In this document: positions 27,265 through 36,470 of the stretch, one piece after another
Position numbering within the stretch: position 1 is the first letter of the stretch
Layout of the letters: each line of letters begins with the position of its first letter
Source: Actinomycetota bacterium
Lineage (GTDB): Bacteria; Actinomycetota; Acidimicrobiia; Acidimicrobiales; CAIXPF01
Length of the DNA: 64,000 nt
Assembly (NCBI GenBank): GCA_016870475.1
Contig: VGBO01000004.1
Location: 4,144 to 68,143, forward strand
Direction: 5' to 3'
The notes under the pieces: generated by a model
Databases searched by the model: none
The model's input: the letters and a program-made list of their open reading frames with translations, nothing else
What the model was told of the DNA's origin: nothing
Program-made: the position numbers and the translations under genes

Positions 27265-30200
27265 ATGACCTGCTCGTCGTGCGGTGCCGAGCTCCCCGCC
27301 GGGAGCCGGTTCTGCCCGTCCTGCGGGCAGCCGCAGTCGGCGCACACCGAGGAGCGGCGGGTCGTCACCGTGCTGTTCGCCGATCTGGTCGGGTTCACCG
27401 CCATCGCCGAGTCGATGGACCCGGAGGCGGCGAAACTGCTCGTCGACCGGGGGTTCGAGCGGCTCGTCCGGGACGTGGTCGGGTTCGGTGGTCGGGTCGA
27501 CAAGATCCTCGGCGACGCCATCGTCGCCCTCTTCGGCGCCCCCATCGCGCACGAGGACGATGCGGAGCGCGCGGTCCGGACGGCGTTGCAGATGCAGAAG
27601 ACGATGCGGGCTTACGCCGCCGAGGTCGGGGCCGACGTCCGGCTTCGGATCGGGGTGAACACCGGTGAGGTCCTCACCGGCGCGATGCGCTCCGGTGGCG
27701 AGTACACGGCGATGGGCGACGTGGTGAACACGGCGAGTCGGCTCCAGTCGACGGCGGCGCCCGGTGAGGTGTTCGTCGGCGGGCCGACCTACGAGGCGAC
27801 GCGGGACGTGATCGTCTACGAGGCGGTCGGCCCCGTGCAGGTGCGCAACCGCGAGGAGCTGGTCGACGCCCACCGTGCGGTCGACGTGCTGGTGCTCCCG
27901 GGGCGGCGTCCGCGTCGTCGGCAGACCCCGCTCGTCGGACGCGACGCCGAGGTCGCGCTGTTGCGCAGCGCGGTGTCGCTCGCGTTCCGCCAGGAACGCA
28001 CCCAGCTCGTGCTGCTGCTCGGGGACTCCGGGGTCGGCAAGACCCGTCTCGCCGACGAGGTCGTCGCGTGGTCGGTTCGGGAGCACCAGGCCAGGGTGCT
28101 CGAGAGCCGTTGCGTGCCCTATGGCGAGGCGAACGTCTGGTATCCGATCGGGTCGGCGGTCCGGTCGCTCTGCGGCCTCGAGGAGGATGCGCCGGCGGAT
28201 CGGACGAGGGCCGCGTGCGAGGACCTCGTCGCCGATGCGCTGGGCGAGCCCCGTGACGCTGCGGCGGTGCGGCGGACGGTCGCGTCGTTCCTCGGTCTGA
28301 TGGGTGCGGAGTCGGCCGGCCGCGATCAGGAACCGGGTCGGGTCCGTACGGAGGCTTCCGCTGCGTTGATCCGCGTCCTCGAGTCGCTCTCGGAGCGTTC
28401 ACCGATCTTCCTGCGGATCGCCGATCTGCACTGGGCCGACGACGTGGTGCTCGAGCTCGTCGACGATCTCGTCGACGGCCTCGGTCGGAGTCCGGTGGTG
28501 CTCATGGCGTCGGCCCGCCACCTGATCGACGAGCGATGGGCGCCGAGGACGGGCCGGCACAACCACCTGATCCTGAACCTCGACCCGCTCGACGCCGCAG
28601 CGACCGAGCTGCTGCTCGACACGCTGCTCGGGACCTCGCTCGACGAGGCGACCCGATCGGTGCTGCTCGCACGGAGCGGTGGGAACCCGCTGTTCCTCGA
28701 GGAGCTCGTCGCGCTCGTCGACCGGCAGGGGTTGGCGGACGCCCGCCCGGTCGAGATCGTCGGGGAGGGTGCGGAGACCGACCTGCCGGAGACGTTGCGC
28801 GGGCTGATCGCGGCACGGCTCGACGGGCTGCCCCCCGAGCTGCGGACGGTGCTCGACCAGGCGTCGGTGATCGGCAGCAGCGGGTTGCTCGCCGAGCTCG
28901 AGGTGCTGTGCTCGGTCGCCGGCGCGGAAGGTTGGGCGGCGGCGCTCGACGATCTCGTCGACCGGGAGCTGATGGAGCAGTCGGGCCCGCGCTGGTCGTT
29001 CCGTTCGGATGTGATCCGCGAGGTCGCCTACGGCACCTTGACGAAGGCGGACCGGTCGAGCCGGCACGCCGCGCTCGCCCGGTGGATGGCGGACCGGGCG
29101 TCGGGCCCGGTCGCCGACGACGAGGCGGTCGACCGGACGGCCTTCCAGTTCGCGCAGGCGGCGGTGCTCGCGTCGGATGTCGCGCTCGGTGGGACCGACG
29201 CCCGCGAACTGCGCGACCGTGCGCTGTCGTGGCTGTTCGAGGCAGCGCGCCGGGCGCGTCGCACCGAGTCCTACGTGCTCGCCGCCCGACTGTGCACGCA
29301 GGCGCTCGACCTGATCGGCGATGACCCCTCCGACCGCCGGCTCGACTTCCTGCTCGGTCGGGCCGAGGCGAGGGTCGGCCTGTTCGAGCTCGCCGGGGCT
29401 CGGGCCGACGTGGAGGAGGCGCGCCGGGTCGCCGCCGCTCTCGGCGACGAGCGGGGCCATTCCCGGGTGCTGCTCGTGGAGGGCGATCTCCAGCAGCGGG
29501 CCGGTGACGTCGACGCCGCCGCGGCGGCGCTCGACGACGCCCTGGCGCGGTTCCGGGCGACGGAGGACCGTCGCGGGGAGGCGGAGGCGTTGCGTCGCCT
29601 CGGCACGGTGCGGATGTTCGAGCGCGACTACGTCGGTGCGGAGGAACGCACCCGTGAGGCGCTCGCGATCTTCGAGGAGCTCGAGGACCGTCGCGGTGAG
29701 GCGTGGGCGCTGCAGAGCCTGGCGTGGGTGGCGTACCTCGCCGATCGGGTCACCGAGGTCGAGGAGCGCATCGCGGCGGCGTCGTCGAGCTTCGAGTGGC
29801 TCGGGGACGTGGCGGGGATCGGCTGGTCGAACGCGTTGTTGGCGTTCACCCGGTTCCAGCAGGGCCGGTTCGAGGAGGCCGAGCAGCTCGCCGAGACGAC
29901 GCTCGTCGACGCGACCGGGCGCGGTGACCGGTTCGGCGAGTCGATGATGGCGCTCGTCACGGCGCTCGTGCGCCTGTGGACGGGACGCACGGTGCAGTCG
30001 ATCGAACGGGCGGAGGAGGCGGCGGAACTGTTCGCCCGGATCGGCGACGCAGTCGGACAGGCCCGGGCCGAGGCGACGATCGGCCGCGCCCGGCTGATGT
30101 CGGGCGATGTCGTGGGCGGGTTCGAGACGATCGACGCGGCGATCGCCGCGCACCGCCGGACCGGACGACCGGACGCGGTGGCGATCCTCGCGACCGTCGG

Positions 30201-30810
30201 GCTCGCCGCGTCGAATGCGACCGGCGACCCGGATCGTGCGGCCGCCTACGGGACGGCGCTGCAGGGGGCCGGGATCCCCGAGGAGATCATCGGTTCGACC
30301 GACCGGACGATCGCGCAGGCGGTGGCGTTGCTCCAGCGCGGCGAGGCGCCTGCCGCGGCGGAGCTGCTCGAGGTGCGTGCGTCGGCGGACGGGGCCGGCC
30401 AGCTCGCGTCGCTCGCCGTGGCGACGGCGTTCGCCCGCCTCGCCGAGGGACGCGCCTCGGAGGCGTTAGCGCTCACCGACCGGGTCCACGAGGCGGCGCG
30501 GAGCACCTACGTCGACCTCGCCACGAGCTACGTGGTGGCCGGGTTGGCGCACGCGGTCCGGGGCGACGCCTCGGAGATGATCGCCGCCTTCTCCGCGGCC
30601 CGCCAGGAGCTCGATGCCACCGCGGACGTGCTCGGTCAGGCCGTGGTGCGGCTCGCCGAGGCCGAAGCGGCGGCGGCGATGGGAGCGATGTCGGCCCGGG
30701 GGCTGCGACGTGAGGCCGACACCCGGCTCGCCGAGCTCGGGATCACCGCCGACGGTTGGCGAACCCTCTACCGGTCGGTGCTCGCGTCGGTCGAGCCCGT
30801 GCGGGGCTGA
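27265..30810 (+). CDS. zinc-ribbon / class III adenylate-guanylate cyclase / AAA(STAND) ATPase / TPR multidomain regulator
   Basis: ATG 27265 gives MTCSSCGAELPAGSRFCPSCG (zinc ribbon). Cyclase motifs follow: VTVLFADLVGFT, GDAIVALFGAP, RIGVNTGEV, MGDVVNTASRL. The P-loop is LLLGDSGVGKTRL. The long C-terminal half is helical and TPR-like. Confidence 0.85.
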   Translation: MTCSSCGAELPAGSRFCPSCGQPQSAHTEERRVVTVLFADLVGFTAIAESMDPEAAKLLVDRGFERLVRDVVGFGGRVDKILGDAIVALFGAPIAHEDDAERAVRTALQMQKTMRAYAAEVGADVRLRIGVNTGEVLTGAMRSGGEYTAMGDVVNTASRLQSTAAPGEVFVGGPTYEATRDVIVYEAVGPVQVRNREELVDAHRAVDVLVLPGRRPRRRQTPLVGRDAEVALLRSAVSLAFRQERTQLVLLLGDSGVGKTRLADEVVAWSVREHQARVLESRCVPYGEANVWYPIGSAVRSLCGLEEDAPADRTRAACEDLVADALGEPRDAAAVRRTVASFLGLMGAESAGRDQEPGRVRTEASAALIRVLESLSERSPIFLRIADLHWADDVVLELVDDLVDGLGRSPVVLMASARHLIDERWAPRTGRHNHLILNLDPLDAAATELLLDTLLGTSLDEATRSVLLARSGGNPLFLEELVALVDRQGLADARPVEIVGEGAETDLPETLRGLIAARLDGLPPELRTVLDQASVIGSSGLLAELEVLCSVAGAEGWAAALDDLVDRELMEQSGPRWSFRSDVIREVAYGTLTKADRSSRHAALARWMADRASGPVADDEAVDRTAFQFAQAAVLASDVALGGTDARELRDRALSWLFEAARRARRTESYVLAARLCTQALDLIGDDPSDRRLDFLLGRAEARVGLFELAGARADVEEARRVAAALGDERGHSRVLLVEGDLQQRAGDVDAAAAALDDALARFRATEDRRGEAEALRRLGTVRMFERDYVGAEERTREALAIFEELEDRRGEAWALQSLAWVAYLADRVTEVEERIAAASSSFEWLGDVAGIGWSNALLAFTRFQQGRFEEAEQLAETTLVDATGRGDRFGESMMALVTALVRLWTGRTVQSIERAEEAAELFARIGDAVGQARAEATIGRARLMSGDVVGGFETIDAAIAAHRRTGRPDAVAILATVGLAASNATGDPDRAAAYGTALQGAGIPEEIIGSTDRTIAQAVALLQRGEAPAAAELLEVRASADGAGQLASLAVATAFARLAEGRASEALALTDRVHEAARSTYVDLATSYVVAGLAHAVRGDASEMIAAFSAARQELDATADVLGQAVVRLAEAEAAAAMGAMSARGLRREADTRLAELGITADGWRTLYRSVLASVEPVRG

Positions 30811-30819
30811 GCGGACCCG

Positions 30820-32031
30820 TCAGGCCGACAGCCGCTCGGTGACCCGGGCGGCGATCGTGCGGCCGATGGCGAGCGACGCGGTCGCCGCCGGTGAGGGTGC
30901 GTTGACGACGTGGAGGGCCCGCGGGGTCTCGGCGAACGCGAAGTCGTCGAGCAGGTTGCCAGCGGCGTCGATGGCTTGGGCGCGGACCCCGGCTCCGGCA
31001 CGTCGCAGGTCGTCGGCACGAACGTCGGGGACGAGTCGCTGCAGTGCTCGCACGAACGCCTGGCGCGACGCGCTGCGGGCGATCTCGCCGAGCCCGGTCC
31101 GCCAGTACCGACGGGCGAGCACGTGCGAGCTGCGGGCCCGCACGATCTCGACGGCGTCGCGCAGGTCGACGTCGCGCCAGCGGTACCCCTCACGGGCGAA
31201 GGCGGGGACCGCGTTCGGGCCCGCCTCGACGGTGCCGTCGACCCGCCGGGTGAAGTGCACGCCGAGGAAGGGGAACCTGGGGTCGGGCACCGGGTAGATC
31301 AGGTTGCGCACGAGGTCGCGTCGGCCGGGGACGAGCTCGTGGTACTCGCCTCGGAACGGCATGATCCGCACGCCGGTCGTCGCCCCGGGCCACGAGGCCG
31401 CGATCCGGTCGGCCTGCAGGCCGGCGCAGTTCACGACGACGGCAGACCCGATGTCGCCGCGGTCGGTGTGCACGGTCACCCCGTCCCGACGTTCGTCGCC
31501 GCCGAGGACGGTCGTGCCGAGACGCACCTCGTGGCCTGCGTCGGTCAGCTCGGCGGCGAGCGCCCGGCACACCGCCGGGTAGTCGACGATGCCGGTGCCG
31601 GGCACGTGGAGGGCGTCGATGCCGTCGACGTGGGGTTCGAGCTCGCGCAGGCGGCCGAGCGGGATCCGTTCGGCCGCGACCCCGTTCGCCTCGGCGCGCG
31701 CGGCGAGCGTGGCGAGTGCGTCGAGTTCGCTCGGTCGGGTCGCGACGACGACCTTGCCGCACCGCTCCCACGCCACTCCGTGCTCGGTGCAGAACCGCTC
31801 GAGTTCGATCTTCCCGGCGACGGTCAGCGCGGCCTTGAGCGACCCCGGCCGGTAGTAGAGCCCCGAGTGGATGACGCCGGAGTTCGAGCCGGTCTGGTGG
31901 CGGGCGAGCGTCGGCTCCTTGTCCACCACGACGACCCGGGTTCCCGGTCGTGCGGCGTGGATCGCCCTGGCGGTCGCGAGGCCGACGATGCCTGCGCCGA
32001 TGATCACGACGTCGGTGGTCGTCGCGCTCAT
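30820..32031 (-). CDS. lhgO: L-2-hydroxyglutarate oxidase-like FAD-dependent oxidoreductase
   Basis: ATG 32031 gives MSATTTDVVIIGAGIVGLATARAI...HQTGSNSGVIHSGLYYRPGSLKA...PFRGEY...VNAPSPAATASLAIG. It overlaps the permease stop (ATGA). Confidence 0.85.
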   Translation of the reverse strand: MSATTTDVVIIGAGIVGLATARAIHAARPGTRVVVVDKEPTLARHQTGSNSGVIHSGLYYRPGSLKAALTVAGKIELERFCTEHGVAWERCGKVVVATRPSELDALATLAARAEANGVAAERIPLGRLRELEPHVDGIDALHVPGTGIVDYPAVCRALAAELTDAGHEVRLGTTVLGGDERRDGVTVHTDRGDIGSAVVVNCAGLQADRIAASWPGATTGVRIMPFRGEYHELVPGRRDLVRNLIYPVPDPRFPFLGVHFTRRVDGTVEAGPNAVPAFAREGYRWRDVDLRDAVEIVRARSSHVLARRYWRTGLGEIARSASRQAFVRALQRLVPDVRADDLRRAGAGVRAQAIDAAGNLLDDFAFAETPRALHVVNAPSPAATASLAIGRTIAARVTERLSA

Positions 32032-34616
32032 TCGTGTGCGATGGCGTCGAGGATCTGCAGTCGTCCGGCGCGCCAGGCGGGGAGGATCGCTGCGACCACG
32101 CCGGCGACGGCGGCCACGACGAGCGTGCCGACCACCTGCGACCACGGGACGGAGATCACCGACACGATGTCGCGGGGGAGTGCGGAGGAGATCGCGAGGC
32201 CGAACAGCAGGCCGAGCACGACGCCGGATCCGGCGCCGAAGAGGGCGACGACGACGGCCTCGAGGCGGATCATGCGCCGGGTCTGCCGCCGCTGCTGTCC
32301 GATGGCCCGCAGGAGTCCGAGCTCCCGCGTCCGTTCGAACACGGCGAGCGCGAGGGTGATCGCGATGCCCAGCACGGCGATGACGAGCGAGAAGAACAGC
32401 AGACCGTTGACGATGACCTGCAGCGAGTCGATCTGGCCTTCCTGGTTCGCCTTGAACGTGCTCCGGTCCTGCAGCTCGACCTCGGGGTAGCGGGCAACGA
32501 CCGCTTCGATCGCCGCGGCCGTGGTCGCACGGTCGGCGCCGTCCTCGAGCGCGATCCCGCCGAAGGTGTCGGCCTGACTCTCGGCGGGGAAGCCGACGGC
32601 GAACAGGTCGTGGTTCACGATCCAGTTCGGCAGGCCGCCGACGCCGGTGGCGAAGACGGCGACGACCCGCAGGTCGCGGGCGCCGCCGACGGGGAAGCGG
32701 ACGGTGACGGTGTCACCGACCCCGACGCCGAGGTCGTCCGCGCTGTCGCGGTGCAGCACGAGGCCGTCGTCGGGGATGGCGGCGACGTCACCCTCCTCGA
32801 TGCCGAGGTTCACGATGCGGTCGAGGCCGACGGCCTGCACGCCGGCGATGGTCTTGGTGTCCTCGCCGACGCGCACGATGCCCGTGCGGAACGTGGCGAC
32901 CCGGTCGACGCCCTCGATCGCGGCGAGCTCCTCGGCGACCTCGGGGCTGAACCCGTAGAACGCCTCCGACGACAGGAACCAGTCGGCGGTGATCCCCTGG
33001 TCGAGCTGGTCGGAGATGCTCGCCTTGAACGATGCACCGACCACCCCGACCATCGAGACGAGCGCCACCCCGATCATGAGCGCTGCGGCGGTCGACGCCG
33101 TGCGCCGGGGGTTGCGGGCGGCGTTCCCCCGGGCGAGACGACCGGAGGCACCGAAGATCCGTTCGAAGGGCCACCCGATCACCCGTGCGGCGGGCCGGGC
33201 GAGCAGGGGGCTGAGCGCGGTGACCCCGACGAACACGAGAAGGGCCCCACCACCGAGCAGACCGAGCCGGGATGCCGTGCCACCGGTGTCGGCGAACAGG
33301 CCGGCGAGGAACACGACGGCGCCGACGACGGTCACGAGCGAACCGACGACGAGGCGCCGGACGATCCGTGTCGGGCTTGGCGACCAGCTCGCCCGCATCC
33401 CGGCGATCGGCGGTACCTGCCCGGCGCGCCAGGCGGGGAGGAGGGAGACAGCGAGGGTGATCCCGACGCCGATCACGAAGGAGATGAGCCAGGTCCGCCC
33501 GGCGAGCACGAGGGGCCGGTCGGGGAACCCGCCGCCCTGGCTGATGACGAGCTGCTTGATGAGTTCCGCGACGCCGATGCCGGCGACGGTGCCGACCCCC
33601 CAGGCGAGCAGGCCGATGGCGAGCGATTCGGCGAGCACCGACACGGTGACCTGCCGGTTGCGGGCACCGAGCGCCCGCAGGAGCGCGAGCTCGCGCACCC
33701 GTTGCCCGACCGTGGTCGTGAACACGGTGTTGATGAGGAACCCGGCGACGAAGAGGGTGACGAACGCGAACACGAGCAGGGCCGTGCGGAACACGTCGAC
33801 GAACTGGCCGAAGCTCTCCGAGATCTCCTCGCCCGCCTGCTGGCCGGTGACGGCCTCGTACCTGGCGGGGAGCACGGCGGCGACGCGGTCGCGCAGCTCC
33901 GACTGGGTCACACCCTCGACCGCGTTGAGGGTGATCGACTGGTACTGCCCCTCGAGGCCGAAGAGTCGTTGGGCGGTGGGCTGGTCGGTGACGGCGTAGT
34001 AGGCGCCGCCACCGCCGTCACCGAGGGTGATGGTCCCCACGACGGTCCCGGTGATCGATCCGGCGACGCCGCGGACGGTGACGGTGTCGCCGATGGTGAT
34101 GTCGAACGCCTTCGCCGAGGTGGTGTCGATGGCGACCTCGTCGGGTCCCCGTGGGGCTCGTCCGTCGACGAGCTCGAGCGCCTGGCGGATCGTGGGGTCG
34201 GGGCCGAGCCAGCCGATGCCGACGACCGGGGCGCCGCCGCCGGGGTCGACGAGACGACCGTCGGGTGCGTTCACGGACACGAACGCGCTGAGATCGCCGC
34301 GGGCGCGTGCAACGCCGTCGACGGCGGCGAGCTCGTCGAGCAGCGACGCCGGTACGGGAGGGACGACCCCGCCGCCCGGGTCGGTCGTGCCGCCGGTCCC
34401 GGTGCCCGAGGCGAGCGGGTCGAGCGTGCGCACCTGCACGTCGACGTCACGGGTGACGGTCAGGGCGAGCGAGTCGAACACCTTCCGCAGGGTGTCGGCG
34501 AGCACGAAGCTGCCGACGACGAACGCGACGCCGAGCACCACAGCGCTCGAGGTGAGCAGGAACCGGATCCAGCGGGCGCGCAGCGAACGTCGGGTGAGCG
34601 TGGCGACGACGGCCAT
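32028..34616 (-). CDS. ABC transporter permease, double FtsX/MacB-type
   Basis: 862-aa ORF. It has an N-terminal TM segment (RFLLTSSAVVLGVAFVVGSFV), two large extracytoplasmic regions, and two 4-TM FtsX-like modules. Confidence 0.9.
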   Translation of the reverse strand: MAVVATLTRRSLRARWIRFLLTSSAVVLGVAFVVGSFVLADTLRKVFDSLALTVTRDVDVQVRTLDPLASGTGTGGTTDPGGGVVPPVPASLLDELAAVDGVARARGDLSAFVSVNAPDGRLVDPGGGAPVVGIGWLGPDPTIRQALELVDGRAPRGPDEVAIDTTSAKAFDITIGDTVTVRGVAGSITGTVVGTITLGDGGGGAYYAVTDQPTAQRLFGLEGQYQSITLNAVEGVTQSELRDRVAAVLPARYEAVTGQQAGEEISESFGQFVDVFRTALLVFAFVTLFVAGFLINTVFTTTVGQRVRELALLRALGARNRQVTVSVLAESLAIGLLAWGVGTVAGIGVAELIKQLVISQGGGFPDRPLVLAGRTWLISFVIGVGITLAVSLLPAWRAGQVPPIAGMRASWSPSPTRIVRRLVVGSLVTVVGAVVFLAGLFADTGGTASRLGLLGGGALLVFVGVTALSPLLARPAARVIGWPFERIFGASGRLARGNAARNPRRTASTAAALMIGVALVSMVGVVGASFKASISDQLDQGITADWFLSSEAFYGFSPEVAEELAAIEGVDRVATFRTGIVRVGEDTKTIAGVQAVGLDRIVNLGIEEGDVAAIPDDGLVLHRDSADDLGVGVGDTVTVRFPVGGARDLRVVAVFATGVGGLPNWIVNHDLFAVGFPAESQADTFGGIALEDGADRATTAAAIEAVVARYPEVELQDRSTFKANQEGQIDSLQVIVNGLLFFSLVIAVLGIAITLALAVFERTRELGLLRAIGQQRRQTRRMIRLEAVVVALFGAGSGVVLGLLFGLAISSALPRDIVSVISVPWSQVVGTLVVAAVAGVVAAILPAWRAGRLQILDAIAHE

Positions 34617-34617
34617 G

Positions 34618-35364
34618 TCAGTCGCCCATGGCGCGCATGGTGTCGAGGACCGCCTGCGCCGTCGGGTTCACGATCTCGTCGACGATGCGTCCGTCGGTGA
34701 GGAACACGACCCGGTGGGCGTGCGACGCCGCGACGGGGTCGTGGGTGACCATGACGATGGTCTGGGCGAGGTCGTCGACGGCGTGTCGCATGAACCGGAG
34801 GATGTCGGCGGAGGACCGCGAGTCGAGGTTGCCGGTCGGTTCGTCGGCGAAGATGATCTCCGGCCGCGACACGAGGGCCCGTGCGACGGCGACCCGTTGC
34901 TGCTGGCCGCCCGAGAGCTCGTTCGGACGGTGGCGAAGGCGGTCGCCGAGCCCGACGGTGGTGATCACCGTGTCCAGCCAGGCCTCGTCGACGTCGCGGC
35001 CGGCGAGGTCGAGCGGCAGGGTGATGTTCTCGCCGGCGTCGAGCGTCGGGATGAGGTTGAACGCCTGGAACACGAACCCGATGCGGTCCCGGCGCAGCTC
35101 GGTGAGCTGGCGCTCGCCGAGCGTGGTGAGGTCGACGTCGCCGATCCAGGTGTGTCCGGCGGTAAGCGTGTCGAGCCCGGCCATGCAGTGCATGAGCGTC
35201 GATTTCCCGGATCCGGACGGACCCATGATCGCGCTGAACCGACCGCGATCGAACGCGACGTCGACGGCGTCGAGGGCGACGACCTGGGTGTCGCCGGTGC
35301 CGTAGACCTTCGATGCGCCGTCGGTGCGCGCCGCGGCGCCGACAGCGGGGGGAGGCAGGGTCAT
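34618..35364 (-). CDS. ABC transporter ATP-binding protein (MacB/LolD-like)
   Basis: Walker A GPSGSGKST, signature LSGGQQQRVAVARAL, Walker B IIFADEPTGNLD. I prefer ATG 35364 because a TAGCGT -10 hexamer lies 7 nt upstream. The track start 35430 is also possible. Confidence 0.9.
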   Translation of the reverse strand: MTLPPPAVGAAARTDGASKVYGTGDTQVVALDAVDVAFDRGRFSAIMGPSGSGKSTLMHCMAGLDTLTAGHTWIGDVDLTTLGERQLTELRRDRIGFVFQAFNLIPTLDAGENITLPLDLAGRDVDEAWLDTVITTVGLGDRLRHRPNELSGGQQQRVAVARALVSRPEIIFADEPTGNLDSRSSADILRFMRHAVDDLAQTIVMVTHDPVAASHAHRVVFLTDGRIVDEIVNPTAQAVLDTMRAMGD

Positions 35365-35371
35365 GGGCGGG

Positions 35372-35377
35372 ACGCTA
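35372..35377 (-). promoter_or_regulatory. -10-like TAGCGT, 7 nt upstream of the ABC ATPase ATG 35364 (leaderless-type)
   Basis: Minus strand reads TAGCGT cccgccc ATG. Confidence 0.4.
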
Positions 35378-35405
35378 CCGGTGTCGCCGTGGCTAGCGGC
35401 CCGGT

Positions 35406-35411
35406 TAGGGT
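35406..35411 (+). promoter_or_regulatory. -10-like TAGGGT, 9 nt upstream of the phosphotransferase GTG
   Basis: Read directly: TAGGGT ctcctgctc GTG. Confidence 0.35.
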
Positions 35412-35420
35412 CTCCTGCTC

Positions 35421-36470
35421 GTGGGAGCACCAGGGCAGGACATCGTCGGGATCCGGGCGGCTGCGCTCGCCGAGTGGTTCGAGGCGAACGTGGCGGGGGC
35501 GCGTGGACCGCTCGCGTTCGACCAGATCGCGGGCGGCCACTCGAACCTCACCTACCGGGTGACGGACGCCGTGGGCAACGTGTTCGTGCTTCGCCGGCCG
35601 CCGACCGGACCGCTGCTGCCGTCGGCGCACGACATGGCGCGTGAGCACCGCATCATCTCCGGGGTGGGCCGCAGCGGGGTGCCGGTACCCGAGGCGCTCG
35701 GCCTGTGCACCGACACCTCGGTGAACGACCAGCCGTTCTACGTGATGCGGTTCGTTCCCGGTGTGGTGCTCGACGATCCGGCGAAGGTGACGGCCTCGTA
35801 CCCGCCGCCGACGCGCCGGACGATCGGCGAGTCGGTGGTGACGACGCTTGCTGTGTTGCATGCGGTCGATCCCGCCGACGTCGGCCTCGGCGACCTCGGC
35901 AAGCGGGAGGACTACCTGCCGCGACAGCTCCGGCGTTGGCGCGGGCAGTGGGAGGCGTCGAAGACCCGTGAGCTGGTGACGATGGAGGCAGTCGCCGACG
36001 CGCTCGAGCAGGCGGTGCCCGCCCAGGTCGGGTCGGGGATCGTGCACGGCGACTATCGGCTCGGCAACATGCTCGTCGACCCCGACGGGGCGATCGCCGC
36101 GGTGCTCGACTGGGAGCTGTGCACCCTCGGCGACGTGCTCGCCGACGTCGGCTACCTGCTGAACAACTGGGTGCAGCCCGGGGAGGAGGGCCCGGCGACG
36201 ACGGGTGCGGCGATGCCGCCCACGCTCGCCGGCGGCTTCGCGACCCGGGAGGAGCTCGTCGCCCGCTACGAGGAGCTCACCGGCCGGGACTGTTCGGGGA
36301 TCGCCTACTACCGGGCGTTCCAGTACTGGCGGTTCGCCGTGATCATGGAAGGTGTCCTCGACCGCTACACGAAGGGGGCGATGGGCGACGCCGGGGACAC
36401 GGAGGCGTTCCGCCTCCAGGTCGAGGCGTGCGCGGACGAGGCGCTCGGCCTCATCCGTTCCTGGGGGTGA
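35421..36470 (+). CDS. phosphotransferase (APH/choline-kinase-like) family protein
   Basis: 349-aa ORF with GGHSNLTYRV, FVLRRPP, and the catalytic loop IVHGDYRLGNMLVD...VLDWELCTLGD. Confidence 0.85.
   Translation: MGAPGQDIVGIRAAALAEWFEANVAGARGPLAFDQIAGGHSNLTYRVTDAVGNVFVLRRPPTGPLLPSAHDMAREHRIISGVGRSGVPVPEALGLCTDTSVNDQPFYVMRFVPGVVLDDPAKVTASYPPPTRRTIGESVVTTLAVLHAVDPADVGLGDLGKREDYLPRQLRRWRGQWEASKTRELVTMEAVADALEQAVPAQVGSGIVHGDYRLGNMLVDPDGAIAAVLDWELCTLGDVLADVGYLLNNWVQPGEEGPATTGAAMPPTLAGGFATREELVARYEELTGRDCSGIAYYRAFQYWRFAVIMEGVLDRYTKGAMGDAGDTEAFRLQVEACADEALGLIRSWG

Noticed and set aside
34618-35430. Longer start (ATG 35430) for the ABC ATPase, and similar N-terminal extensions for 4543..5400, 5241..6719 and 36451..38106
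   Set aside because: The extensions are low-complexity and Arg-rich, or overlap neighbouring genes. Internal starts fit stop/start overlaps or a correctly spaced -10 hexamer. They remain possible alternatives.
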